The notes beneath the pieces were generated by a model, which worked only from the letters and a program-made list of their open reading frames with translations, had not been told where the DNA came from and ran no database searches. The position numbers and the translations under genes are program-made. A stretch of 63,886 nt of DNA, counting the filler, from Asterionella formosa (lineage: Eukaryota): the NCBI GenBank assembly GCA_002256025.1. It is 7 parts of 7 records of this genome, joined end to end, with 100 filler letters (N's around TTAATTAATTAA, not from the genome) between each part and the next. Parts side by side here need not be neighbours in the genome. Positions count along the whole stretch, not along the records: positions 1 to 27,433 come from NKIB01001491.1; positions 27,534 to 54,958 come from NKIB01001495.1; 5 more parts are not named here. One strand, given 5' to 3'. Positions 24,479 to 36,824 of this stretch are shown here, piece after piece. Positions within the stretch are counted from its first letter, which is position 1. Every line of letters starts with the position of its first letter.

Positions 24479-26520
24479 GTATGTGTTTCACTAACGGATT
24501 GAAAAGCAGTTCATGTGCATTAATAGATGTCGACCGGCAATTTTATGAAGTGTCGATGTATGTACGGTAAGATAGGACTGCAACGATGAGATGGAATAAG
24601 GATGATGAATGTGTGCAAATGGACGGAGCAAGCATAGCTTCCCCTTCGCTCGTTGAGAATCAGGCTGGCGGATTATTGGATTTGAATTTATTGTCTCGGC
24701 TGAAATGTAGCGTTAGGGTTTTGCTCAGAATCAATGGTACATACAAAGACCATCATGTATAATTTCTACTGTAATATAGTGGCTCCTCCGGATACGTTTC
24801 CGCCTGCCTTGTTATATTACTGGTACCAGGTACCACCTGTTACCAAGTATGTAGTGATACGTACTGGTACCTGGTACCTGGTACCAGGTAGTACCGATGC
24901 CTGGTGTACTTTTTATTCACACCCTGAATTTTAGGTCAAACTGACACCTAAAAAATGGTCGGTACAAAATGTACACACGAGAACGCCTTCTACCTCGGGC
25001 GGACCACACCCATCCATACCTAACACAGAAAGTACTGATAATACGTTGCAGGGCTGAGCAGATCACAAAAAATATTGTAACTATACTAGTATACACATAC
25101 GACTCACCATCACTTCATTTCAACCTCAACCTCAACCAAATGATAGAATGTAGATGAAATGAATAGTTAGCTATTAGTAGTGTCAGTACTACTTGTTCTG
25201 TTGAAATTTGTTGACAACATTCAACAATCGTGGTGGCCTGATTCTTCGGTTGACTGCTTGAACCAAATTAATTCCTTTGTTCATTTCAATAACTACTAGT
25301 AGCAATTCATAAGCATCAAAATTTCAAAATCAGAGTTTCGATGTTAACATGGTAATCTTTAGTAGTAGATTTATCCATACTGGTCTGCTAGCTAGTTTGA
25401 ATAATCTTGCACATTGTGAGTTTAGCTTCATGCACTCCTTGCGTCGCTGATGAAGCCTCAATGATAGGCTTATGGAGCGAGTTCAATCATCTCTTAAATC
25501 CATCAAAGAATCATGTTATTTGTGTGAATTTTTAACAACCCGACCTGCTTTATCAGCTTGCAATAAATGGTGGACCCTCAGTGACAAATTTGCGTGACAT
25601 TGTGATAGAGAATACAATTCAACAATCTAAAATGCGCCAGATTTTAAAAACTTGAAATCGGTGAATAATAGACGAACACATTCAAAGGGTTTTTTAGCAA
25701 TAAGAACAGGGTGGTTAATCGATGATAGCGGGCAATCAATTGGGCTTGAATTGGCAACGAAAACGAAGAAGTATGCTGACTCTATACTACTACTAGGCAT
25801 GGATCATGGTAAACAGAATAAATCAGACGACTACATAATCAAACGAACATTTTCATGGCTGTCATGATATCTAGTCATCAACATTCTATTTTAAAATCAC
25901 ATCCACACATGCAACAAGCTGTTAGAATTGTGGTCGCATTACCAACATGCAACTATCACAAGATACTACAACCCAAAGTTCACCTGCAATTTTGCTGCAT
26001 ACTAGCTAGTATTTCAGAGATTGACGAGACAGCATGGACTTCGGTTGATTGCTGCGATAATCGATCGTTGCCTCATAAAAATGAGCACATCCGTAGCTAG
26101 CAATGACAAAGGTGAGCCGTGGCAAACTGTAGACCGATCATATGGTTTCGCAATATTTAATGACAAGGACAAAGAAAAGTTCATGCCGACAAGATTCTAC
26201 AACACACCGGTATGGTACGTACTGACATGTATGTATGCGCATCCATCAGGTACCAGGGTACTGGTACCAGGTTCCTGGTACCTTGTACCGGTATTAGAAC
26301 TCCATAATATCATAGTAAGTCATGACTACCGTCCAGTATAATTCTATATTTATCTACCGGTACCAGGTACCGTACATCAATGCTCCATGTCAGGTGCGTA
26401 TCAGGTACCCTGGTACCTGATACCGGTACATCCAATGCATCACGTACCGACCTGTAGCTAAGTACGGTATGAACCATCAGAATCCGTCATCCGTTTTACA
26501 CTGTACAAAAGTATTGAATG

Positions 26521-26682
26521 CAGGGAGTCATTATTAGGTTTTCCCGCACCTAAAATTCCAAGAACTGAAAAGGAAGTTTAACTTCGTCTGTAACCTTGTA
26601 CCAACATTTGTCTGTAGGACGAGAAATATTCTCAATCATTTCCTGAATTTTAGGTGCGGAATAACCTAAAATGACCCTCAGG
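26521..26682. mobile_element. Short foldback/MITE-like element with ~40-bp imperfect inverted repeats
   Basis: cagggagtcattattaggttttcccgcacctaaaattcc (26521) is nearly the reverse complement of cctgaattttaggtgcggaataacctaaaatgaccctcag (26642). The related ACCTAAAA core also occurs near 24923-24955 and 26696. Confidence 0.6.
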
Positions 26683-26872
26683 GGCAATTAATTTAACCTA
26701 AAATTCCCCACCTTCTGCCGCAGGTATACCGGGTAGCGGGTAGTATTGCTTTACTTCACATACCAGTATCTTACCAGTATGTACATCGTGCCAGATTATT
26801 GGCAGTACTGGTAGCTACGTCTCGGCTCATTGCAATTACCAGGTACCTGGTACCAGGTACCAGGTACCAGTA

Positions 26873-27082
26873 AAGAACTGCTGTGACCCACTGAGTTCTC
26901 CTATTCGTTTGATTAGTTCGACTACACCTTTTCCATGACTTGCGAGAATCAAACTTCCAGGTCTTGTTAACCAAAGGAGTCAGCAGATTGTGGATCTGTC
27001 GGTATTCTCATTGAAGGTCGAGGTACTGAGATACGAACCCTTTTATGTGGACAAAATTTGACGGTAATGGGTCACAGCAGTA
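26873..27082. mobile_element. ~210-bp MITE, probably with TTAA target (Kolobok/piggyBac-like)
   Basis: Left end AGAACTGCTGTGACCCA; right end TGGGTCACAGCAGTAC followed by TTAA. The left TTAA appears once the adjoining CCWGG array is collapsed. Confidence 0.6.
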
Positions 27083-27433
27083 CTTAAATTTTTATCTATA
27101 ATTGTATATAATTTTATATACCATTATGATCACGGATTACCCCGTTTGGTTTTCGCAAAATTATTTTTAAGAATTTTTGCATCCAGTATTTATATCACTA
27201 TCACACGCAAATGCATTCAGCCACATGAAATGCTTGCGCCTATCAACACCACTGCAATATCGCCCTCATCCCTACTAAGCTCCTGCCCTCCCACAAGCAC
27301 AACATCAACCGGCCGAATTGGATATGGAGAATCCTTTTCTCCACGGCAACAAGTCTCCAATTATCTTGCCAACAAGTTCTGTCTGGTTATTGGAAGCGGC
27401 GCATCGACGTTGCGCTTGTACCATGTCACCACT

Positions 27434-27533
27434 NNNNNNNNNNNNNNNNNNNNNNNNNNNNNNNNNNNNNNNNNNNNTTAATTAATTAANNNNNNNNNNN
27501 NNNNNNNNNNNNNNNNNNNNNNNNNNNNNNNNN
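27434..27533. other. Artificial 100-nt contig spacer (N-TTAATTAATTAA-N); same spacer at 54959-55058, 56745-56844, 58531-58630, 60317-60416 and 62102-62201
   Basis: An identical six-frame-stop linker is embedded in Ns, and the flanking pieces have descending lengths (27433, 27425, 1686, 1686, 1686, 1685, 1685). Confidence 0.97.
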
Positions 27534-27836
<303 letters not shown>

Positions 27837-28332
27837 GATAATTAATGTCCCCAATGAAGAAACTGTATTTTATAAAATATGTACGCCCTTTCCTGGACCA
27901 TCAAAGGTATCATAGACCACAGTAATATCCTAGGGAGGATAGAAAGACCGACAGTTTGCTCAGCATGAGGAAGTAAGAATTGTGAATTGCTAACAAGAGA
28001 ACTACCGCTATGTAGTCTATTGTAAAAATCTCCATGCCCCGTCGATTCCTGCATTCTCCACCTGTCGTCCTTTCATGTAGTCACTAGGGTTCCAGGGTGT
28101 GTGGCTGACGAGAAGACAGGTCCCTTTGTACCGTATGGACGATTAAACTGGTACTATGTCATTTATTTGGGCATGCAGGAGTGCAATTATTGGATAGCTC
28201 TAACGTACTTCAAGATTTGATTGACAATTTTCTTTTAAATCTCTATGCCATGGTATCTTATAATATATATTAAGCTGTTCCTTCTTGAATCCACTACCGT
28301 ATTCTATAACTGACATGGACTCGTTGCCACCG

Positions 28333-29135
28333 CTATCTCAGATTGGGATGCCTATCAAATGGAAATGTATCTGCAAAACACCGTTCCATGGCTGCATCAA
28401 TATATTCATCTGACTTTTCCCGACACTTCGGATTTGCCTGCAACGAGAGGGCAGCCCTTCTTTTCACGCATTCCTGCCCGTGACCTGGAAATGAGGTGAT
28501 GCGACCCTGCATCATTTCACGGATCGTACCGCATTCACCAGACAAATTTTCGGCTCTGATTTCCGTGCACGCCAGGTGCATGCAATTGTTGAAGGGGTCC
28601 ATTTTGGTGCTGAGAGCTCACGTGTTAGCATCACAAGAAAGACGTTCAATACAAGAATCAGAAAAATATTCTGAGTTACTCACCGACAAACGTCAATGGC
28701 GTGAATTAGCTCATGGACCATGCTCTCGTGGGCATGAGTTTCATCTCTCAAATGCTGCTGACAGAGATAAATCTCAGGAATGAGCTTCAGCGTTTCCTTG
28801 GCACTGTTCTGAGCATCAAAAATATCCCGTCGACAGCTTCGTTCTGACGTCGAGTCAACCGATGCGTTGCCCTTCCGAACCACCATCTGCTCCACCACGC
28901 CAAATCCGCCACCCGCCATGGTATCACCGCAATCCAGGCACTTTATGAATCCCTTGGGTGGTTGACACCCAAGCTTTTGCAGATTGTCCAAGAGGAACCG
29001 AACTGTCATATTCCTTCCCAAACCACTGGCAATGTAACCATCGCACCGCTCTTTAAATTTTGTTTGCTCTTTTTCTCGAGTGGCCATGGCCGAGGAAACA
29101 GGGTCAGGGAGCGGTTGCTCTGTGGTGGATGACAT
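28333..29135 (-). CDS. ATP23: Mitochondrial inner membrane metalloprotease ATP23 (peptidase M76; 2 exons, ~242 aa)
   Basis: AGGGF, HELIHAID, HLACTEIRAENLSGEC, QECVKRRAALS and CFADTFPF motifs. The 74-nt intron 28683-28610 (GTGAGT...CAG) joins DVCR-TKMDP in frame. Confidence 0.93.
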
Positions 29136-30939
29136 GGAAGTGTTGGTGTGCGTCGTGGTATCTGGAAGATTGTATGGATATGTTGCAATAGTAGTACGGT
29201 GTTCCTTTGCTGGAGGGAGACAAGTGATGTGTGTGGTGTGTGGTGTGTCGAGCTTCCCTCCTGCTGCTTGGCGGTACCTGGTAGTGTACCTGGTATCTGG
29301 ATCCTCTGGAAGTGTTCCGGTAATCGACATATTTAGCATAATCTTTTCTTGAGTTAAAAACGTGTTTCACCGGATCTTCCCTGGATCCTGCTATTACAAA
29401 TCAAGCACCAGCCACAACACCAATGTTCAATAGAAATCAATTAAGCTTACAGCTAATTGAGGAGAATTTTTTGAAAATCTGCACATGTACTCACTTTTGA
29501 TGACTTGGTTGTCCATGCAAACTCACACCACAACTTCCTTGAAATCCATCCAAATTATCATCAAAAGCTGTACATGGAATGATGGCTGCTCAGTTTGTTG
29601 CTGCTTTCTTTGGATTTGGAAAGTAGCCACAGTAGGTGCTGCATATATTTCCATACTTTTGACAATTTTGCCAACTATGTCAGAAACAGTTGAAACATTG
29701 GGCTGGCTGTTACTCACAGCATCATGTGTAAGTGGAGAGGATAAATTATAGAAAGAATCGAAGACATCTAGCTGGTACTACTGTCTATCTGGATGGATTG
29801 TGTTTTTGAATCTCTAATATAGATCCAGATGAGCCACATCTCATCAGTTTTACCTTGCGCAAGTCTGGGTAGCTTAACAATAGTATGCCCACAGTTTCAA
29901 CAATCCCATGTCCAGCCAATTTCACAGGACCACCATAAGTGGGGCATAATTGGAAGAATCAGTATTAAAATCTGGAACTTGCAGCCAATTTTCAGTCAGC
30001 AATGGCATTTGCAAGCATTGAACCAACCCCCTCCCTGTTATAATGATGCCAAAGGACTGACAGCATGAGCATATCTAATATTGTGATGGGCACAAGCTGG
30101 TGGTACCTGGGACTGTAGTGTATAGTGTACATCAATGGACTAACGGTACGCATTCTGCTTACGTACAGTACCTGGTACCAGGTAGTACGGTTGCACAGTG
30201 GTGGATGATACCGACCAAGTACACATGCTTGGCACCAGGTACCTGGTACTCCGTACCAGGGTTCCCTACCTGCTGCGTAGCTGGAAGTACCAGGTACCCT
30301 GGTACCATGACTAGGTACAGAGCGAAGAACATAAAAATAACGGACTTTGCTTCAGTTTCCGGTATATTTGAACCGAAACCGTAGACTCGTGCTGCGCAGT
30401 GTATATTGTCTCGACCGATACACAGTTTACATGACCGGAACGTTGCTTGCATGCTGTATAGCATGACACAACGAATGGCTGTATGAAACAAACGTAAGCC
30501 CACCTTTCGATGCCGCCCGCTCGCTCGCTGAAGTCCTTCTTGTGTCACGAGATAAGTTTCCGTTGCGATGAGAAGTACCGGGTATAGCTACCGGTTTACT
30601 ATAATGATTTGAGTTTATATATAAAACAATTCCTATTTATTTCTTGTATCCTTTAAATTAGTGAAACATATATAGGCAGCATTGCATCGTGAATTTCTTT
30701 GAAAAGCAAAATTTCGATGAGCGATTTTGTGAATCGGAGGAACTGAAACCGGTAATAGACTGTCCTTACGTTTTCAAAGTTGAATGATTGTGTCTTTGCG
30801 AGCCAATCAGGAATCATTATAGCAGCAAAACCGACAGAGAAACATCGCCCAACTCGACAAATTATTGCTCTCACGAGAGCGGATTGGCTATTGATTCGAA
30901 TTTTTCAAAACAAAGCGAGAAGTTACCAGTACCACCGCT

Positions 30940-33900
30940 ATGTCATCTTATTTAGAAGTACGGCTTTCCTGCCAAAACGACAATTTTGAAAGCTGCGAAG
31001 GATCTATCGAAATAGACCTAGTAGCGCTATCGTCATCTTCAGAAGCAGTTATCCAACCGGTGCAGTTCAACACAGTACAGGACGCCACCACGACTGAGCG
31101 TGATCCTCCTTCGAACAATTGTAATGATACCCATCCACAATTTCCTCCGTCATTTTCACTGATATCCTCACAAAGTAGTGAACTCGACGAGGAAGATGAA
31201 GTTTTGGCGAATATTCTCAGGGAAGCTCGTGCCGCTGCTCAATTCAAGCAACAACACGGTAGTCGTTCACGTGCAACTGGACACAAACTGGATGAAAGAA
31301 AGCAACATATTATCCAACAAGCACTAAATTGTTCGGTTGCAAAGAATGCTTCCCCTAAACTCAGGTCATCGAAGGAAGTGCTCAAACTGGCGCGTGAGGT
31401 ACTTCATCACTCAGGTTCAAATGTGTCAAACAGCAGCACTGAGTTCAACTCTTCCTTTGATCCACGAAATACTCAACCCCCAGTCTCGGAACCTGCTTCG
31501 GAATACAAATGTCTCAGTCCCACTAATAGCGAAGCAGAGGAGTACCAAAAATCAGTGATCTCAGCATCCAAATTCGCAGGAGACTCGTCGATACCCAGGG
31601 AAACGATGTTGAACAAGATTGATGGCATCAATGCTTCAAAAAATTCTCCATCTGCCATGCCGGAAGAAAGGGAAGAAGAATTTTCTGCAACTTTAAATTT
31701 CAGCCTTTTTTCATTCCTTCTAGGCGAAACATCCACTGTCGCGCTCTTCGACAGCAAGCGCCCACAAAGCGATTTTGTTGATTTGAAAATGAGAAACTTT
31801 TCTAGTCTACAATGTGGTGGTGAGATCCAAACAGTTGAAACAGATGAAGATTTCATCAGTGACACTTTTCACCACTCTGCATCAATCATTTCCAGTCCAA
31901 GTGCTATTATACATGTCGCTCCTCCGTCTTATGCCGAACACATAAATGCTATGGAGGTTGACCCTCGCATGCCAGCGTGGATTTCTGCACAAAGTGCAAC
32001 CTTTACCGATGAGGAGCAAAAGCCTCAGGATTGTTTTTATTCGTTAGGCACGTCGAGGACTGTCGTTGTACACGAAATTGTTCGAGGTAACTGGACATGG
32101 TCGACCGCGTGGTCTCCAGATGGAACCAAACTTGCAATGGCGACAGAGAACCATCACCTTGCAGTAGTTGACACTAGTTCCTCAACCGTTTGGAGAGTCC
32201 AGCATGACCGGCGGATCAACAAAACAGTTCGGAATGACACAACTCACAGTATTCGATCAATTGCATGGGGCAGTCAATTTATTGCTGTCGGTGGAACTGG
32301 CAATGCTGTGTCCATCTTGGCACCAACAGAGCCCTATCCTATACTACATACAATTCGGGGGACTGGCTTTGTGGGATCATTGGATTGGAATTTAAATTCT
32401 GCCGTGTTGGCAATTGGCAGTCGTTTAGACAAGTGCCTTATTGTCAATATTAGTGCAACAGGCGATGAACACAACAACCGTTGCGGACATCCCGAAGCAA
32501 GGCGAATTGTCAGCACAATTCTTCACACGATAGAAAGGAAAAACTGGGTAGATGCTGTTACTTTTAGTCCAGGAGGTGGATTATTGGCTATTGGTGATCG
32601 AAGTGGTAAGGTCTCCGTGTACAAGTATAAGAACAATCTCAAGGCGCTCCCGGATGTTCAGGAACTAACAAAATTCACCATGGGCGACGCAATTTTAAGT
32701 GTAGAGTGGTCTCCAGACGGAAAGTGGCTCTACGCGGGCGGCGAAGATTTTCGAGTTATTGTTGTAGACACGTCGTCATGGGGGATTATACATACAATTC
32801 AACGGGATCGTTGGGTACAATTCATTGCATCATCCAATTTAGGGTCACATTTGGCTATTGGGGGCGTCAACTCTGAAGTTACTATATTTGATGTAAATGA
32901 TTCATGGAAACCTGTCATGACCATTGAATTGAAAGGACTTGTTCCATTATCTGCAAAGTGGCACCCGAAAGACCAATATCTTGCCTTGACCGGCCAAGAC
33001 TATAGTGTGATTGCCATTGAGACCACAAACGCAAGATACGTACAAGGGCATTATTTGCAGTCAATTTCACCCATTCTTGCTGTTGCCTTCTCCCCAGATG
33101 GGCATATGGTAGCAGTCGGAAACGAAAGTGGTGTGATAACTTTATACACTTCGAATGGTTCCTCGTTTGTTACAATCTACGAGATGGTCATCGCTGATGG
33201 GGCTTCACAATCAATTGTTTGGAGTCCGAACGGAAAGTATGTTTGCGTCGGAAGCCAAAAATCTTTGGTGGTTCTAGGGAAAGCTAACACAAGGACAATG
33301 GGAGATCGAATTCCTCCAAAGACATCTGGTTTTGGTGTGATACAAGTGGTTCGCATGGATGGCGTGATCGAGGCCGTGTCAATTCAACCAAATGGCCGAT
33401 ATGTGGCCGTGAGTGGAAGTAATACACGGATTCTTGACGCATCGAAGGATTTTGCTTGTGTCCATGAATGGAATCATCACTCCATCTTGGCGAATGCCTG
33501 GGCGCCAAATGGCCTGTGGTTTGCTGCCATTGGACGAAATCAACAATTGGCTGTTTACGACACAAGCAGCAAAACGGTCAGTAATTGGAAGGTGGTCCTT
33601 ACTTTTCAGTGTGAGCAAGCTGGTTTATCTCTTGCTTGGGGACCAGCTGTCGTAGATGGTCTCCGATATCTTGCGTATGGCGGTGAAGACAAGAAGGTGA
33701 CAATTATTGAAATTCGTACTTACGAAGGAACCTGGGAGACTGTTTTGGAAATCCCTCGCGGCGGCATTATATACGACCTTGACTGGGGCAAGAGTGGCAT
33801 GCTCGCTGTAGCAGTCGGTGATGGTACAGTCACTGTCATAGACTTGGCATATCTCCAAGTTGGCTGGGCTGTGAACGAAATGGACTACAATTGGCAGCGC

Positions 33901-34086
33901 CAAGGCATCACCTGCTTTGCGGAAATTCGTCGTAGTAAAGGGAAGAATTCTATGCGTACAATTAGATGGATACCAGAAAAGCTTGGGGCCGACAATTTGT
34001 TGGCAATTGGGGGAACTGATGGTGCCCTGGAGGTCGTCGATCTTACTGAACGGCAACGTTGCAAAGGTTTCGGCAATGGGCTTTAG
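30940..34086 (+). CDS. WD40-repeat protein (probable double beta-propeller) with low-complexity N-terminus
   Basis: 1048 aa. More than 12 repeats of the type AWSPDGTKLA, FSPGGGLLAIG, EWSPDGKWLYAGGED and AFSPDGHMVAVG from about residue 370. Confidence 0.88.
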   Translation: MSSYLEVRLSCQNDNFESCEGSIEIDLVALSSSSEAVIQPVQFNTVQDATTTERDPPSNNCNDTHPQFPPSFSLISSQSSELDEEDEVLANILREARAAAQFKQQHGSRSRATGHKLDERKQHIIQQALNCSVAKNASPKLRSSKEVLKLAREVLHHSGSNVSNSSTEFNSSFDPRNTQPPVSEPASEYKCLSPTNSEAEEYQKSVISASKFAGDSSIPRETMLNKIDGINASKNSPSAMPEEREEEFSATLNFSLFSFLLGETSTVALFDSKRPQSDFVDLKMRNFSSLQCGGEIQTVETDEDFISDTFHHSASIISSPSAIIHVAPPSYAEHINAMEVDPRMPAWISAQSATFTDEEQKPQDCFYSLGTSRTVVVHEIVRGNWTWSTAWSPDGTKLAMATENHHLAVVDTSSSTVWRVQHDRRINKTVRNDTTHSIRSIAWGSQFIAVGGTGNAVSILAPTEPYPILHTIRGTGFVGSLDWNLNSAVLAIGSRLDKCLIVNISATGDEHNNRCGHPEARRIVSTILHTIERKNWVDAVTFSPGGGLLAIGDRSGKVSVYKYKNNLKALPDVQELTKFTMGDAILSVEWSPDGKWLYAGGEDFRVIVVDTSSWGIIHTIQRDRWVQFIASSNLGSHLAIGGVNSEVTIFDVNDSWKPVMTIELKGLVPLSAKWHPKDQYLALTGQDYSVIAIETTNARYVQGHYLQSISPILAVAFSPDGHMVAVGNESGVITLYTSNGSSFVTIYEMVIADGASQSIVWSPNGKYVCVGSQKSLVVLGKANTRTMGDRIPPKTSGFGVIQVVRMDGVIEAVSIQPNGRYVAVSGSNTRILDASKDFACVHEWNHHSILANAWAPNGLWFAAIGRNQQLAVYDTSSKTVSNWKVVLTFQCEQAGLSLAWGPAVVDGLRYLAYGGEDKKVTIIEIRTYEGTWETVLEIPRGGIIYDLDWGKSGMLAVAVGDGTVTVIDLAYLQVGWAVNEMDYNWQRQGITCFAEIRRSKGKNSMRTIRWIPEKLGADNLLAIGGTDGALEVVDLTERQRCKGFGNGL

Positions 34087-35396
34087 GGTAGTAAACTGCA
34101 ATGAATCAATTACTGGTACGTCATATTTTTCTACCAACTAGGAGTGCTTCTACTCTACTGAGGCAGATTTAATTTGCAGCAATGGCACCGGATTTATTTG
34201 ATTCATCTAAAACATGCATCAAGCCTCTGCCCTTGGTACAATGTTTGGAAATGTCAGGCCCTGTTTAACTTGGTGAAATGCATCCAAATTTTCTTCCTTG
34301 CTATTTGTGTACAGCCCACCACTACCTCATTTGTAGACTACCAAGTTCATTTTTGCAGCTTCTTTTGCATGCCCCATGCATGCATACTATGAGAACTGGT
34401 GTAGGTACCAGCAAGTTGCCGTTATTTTGCTTGACAGGCCACATTTGGTGGATGGTGGTCACAGCATTTGTGAGATTGGTTCCACTTGCCTTGCATATTT
34501 TCTTCCATTTCCCTGCTGTGCTGTTTATTTTCAGGGAGAATCCAATGACGGATCTGCAGCAATAGTAAAATTGCGGCCAAGTATGAAAGCCCAGTGGCAA
34601 GTCATCAAGAATCAAGAAGACAGTATTAGTTTCTGTCTAGTGCAGCCAGAATCATTTTTATGGTGCTGCTTTGATGCACACACCAATGTAATAAAGTTCA
34701 ATTATATATATATATACATATATATAGCATTTGTCTGCAAATGATTATACTTCAATAGACTCCCAAAGAACCCTTAAGTTGGGCAATAAGGATGATGCTT
34801 CTGGTCAAAATGGACACCATGCTTTAGAGCTGTAAGGTGCTTGTTGCTGTTTGTCTGTGCCACTAACATTTTATGTTGTCCCATGAATTGCAATAAAAGA
34901 TCACATTGTTGTTCTTGTCCTTGAAATTTCTTTCTTTTGAATTTCCTTGCTTGTACAAGCGAATTTTTTGGGCAATTGATTTTTGTTGGCCAGCGCACTG
35001 TCAGTGTGTGTCATATCGGCTACTACCGGTAGCCCCAAAACGAAATAGCTAAATCAATTATTAGGAGTATGCATTTCTGGACAGCAAATATCTCATTCAA
35101 CAGCTATAGCAAAAGTTTTGAGCACGCCCAGATTTATGACGATCTGGTCATCCATGTCAACAGTCTCATCAGCCATCCTTTTGAGGTTACGAAGCGAGCA
35201 ATCGAGGTTGAATTGGCGCTTTTCTGGTCCAGAGAAACCATTCCAATCGGAGCACGATTTCCTACCAAGAATGCGCCAAAAGAAACGAGGTCAGATGTAA
35301 CTATTTCTAGATTATGATTCATATATATATATATATATATATACATGTTACATGAGTGCTCCCTCCCCCCAAATAAATGCGCACATTAACATTTTT

Positions 35397-36824
35397 TCAA
35401 CCATAGTGTGAAAAGTCCATGGGAATGAATGTTTTGTTTTCATGACAATACCCTAGAAAAATATCTGTCATGAATTCACCATCAGCAACTGTCTTGTTCC
35501 ATTTTCGTTGATGATTCATGCTCCATCCTTCCTCCACTTGCTTCCTGGTCAAGTACCACTTATTCAAATACCAACGACATGGTGTTGCACGAGGGAAATG
35601 CTTTTTCCCTTCTTTTTCCCATCGAGGACAGGACCATGGTTTGTGGCAAAAAATGGGATGAGATAATTTAACCTCCTGAGGTGGAACTTTCCGACAATCA
35701 ATACAGGGTTCCACTTGAGGGATACACGTACCATCCCATATTGGTTCAGATAGAATGTTGTTGTAATAGCAATTATGCAATTCAAGGCCTTGATCTGGTT
35801 GAATAAATGAATAATAATATCCCAGTAACCCTTGAATTTGTGGGTCACCCCAACATGATGTGGTGTGCATAATCCCTCCCCAGCCACCAGTAATTGTATA
35901 GTTGGCAGTGTGTACCATGTCAATCAAAATGTCAAACACAGTTTGATTTGGCACAACAGCAAAGAATCCACCTTGAATGGGTATATGTTTATAGTTTGTT
36001 GAAGCCCGCAATGCCATAAATACCTGTTGATAGTCACGAGTAAACATGGCTTGTATGGTATTTGTTTTACCACCAGTTTGAGTGGGTCGCATGATTTGTA
36101 GTTTTGACCTGGCCACATTCCTATTCGCTTCTCCCTCCAAAATGAATGAATCAATAAGATCATCCAACGGTTGGAGAAGCATCGTATCTAAATCAAGATG
36201 AATTACCAAGGGGTATTTTGTTAATGTATATGCGTATAGCTTAATGAATTCATGTGCGCCACAACAGCCATTAGTATGCAAGTATGTCAAGTAGGGTTTG
36301 TTGGTAATGAGTGTTTCATTAATAGGTAGGTCCAATAGCAACACCTCATATCCAAACTGTTCTAACAGATTCACACACTCCGGTATGACTTGAGTTTTGG
36401 ATGCTAGAGCAAACAGATGATAATCGTATTTGGATCGGTGAATGGTGTCAGCACCATTATTTTGTTGATTCCTACAACTCATGGCATGAATATGATGGGC
36501 CAACAGTGGCGCTGATTGTAGTGCATCACTTTGAAGGGACTCGCATTTCGAAACAGTGACTGCGTATGCGATTTTGATTGGCGGCTGCTGCTGTTGTTGT
36601 TGATTTTGTTCTTCTTGACCTTGATCTTGATGCTTATTATTATTATTAATATGATTCGCAGTACTACTAATACTACGAGCATCTTCATCAGGTAACGAAT
36701 CAAGAAATTGATGAGTATTTTCGGTAATAGGGTTAAGCAAAATTAGATACAAGCCCTGAATCATGACAAGCGCCACAAGTAACAGGGACAGCAGCACAAT
36801 GTGACTTCTTGCTGTGTTCATCAT
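35397..36824 (-). CDS. GT8 (glycogenin-like) glycosyltransferase, type II membrane protein
   Basis: N-terminal anchor and Gln/Asn-rich stem, then EFIKLYAYTLTKYPLVIHLDLD (DxD), QGGFFAVVP, IQGLL and HKPW. Confidence 0.85.
   Translation of the reverse strand: MMNTARSHIVLLSLLLVALVMIQGLYLILLNPITENTHQFLDSLPDEDARSISSTANHINNNNKHQDQGQEEQNQQQQQQPPIKIAYAVTVSKCESLQSDALQSAPLLAHHIHAMSCRNQQNNGADTIHRSKYDYHLFALASKTQVIPECVNLLEQFGYEVLLLDLPINETLITNKPYLTYLHTNGCCGAHEFIKLYAYTLTKYPLVIHLDLDTMLLQPLDDLIDSFILEGEANRNVARSKLQIMRPTQTGGKTNTIQAMFTRDYQQVFMALRASTNYKHIPIQGGFFAVVPNQTVFDILIDMVHTANYTITGGWGGIMHTTSCWGDPQIQGLLGYYYSFIQPDQGLELHNCYYNNILSEPIWDGTCIPQVEPCIDCRKVPPQEVKLSHPIFCHKPWSCPRWEKEGKKHFPRATPCRWYLNKWYLTRKQVEEGWSMNHQRKWNKTVADGEFMTDIFLGYCHENKTFIPMDFSHYG

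Noticed and set aside
27478..27489. Recurring TTAATTAATTAA as a biological motif
   Set aside because: It always sits inside a 100-nt N spacer, so it is a concatenation linker.
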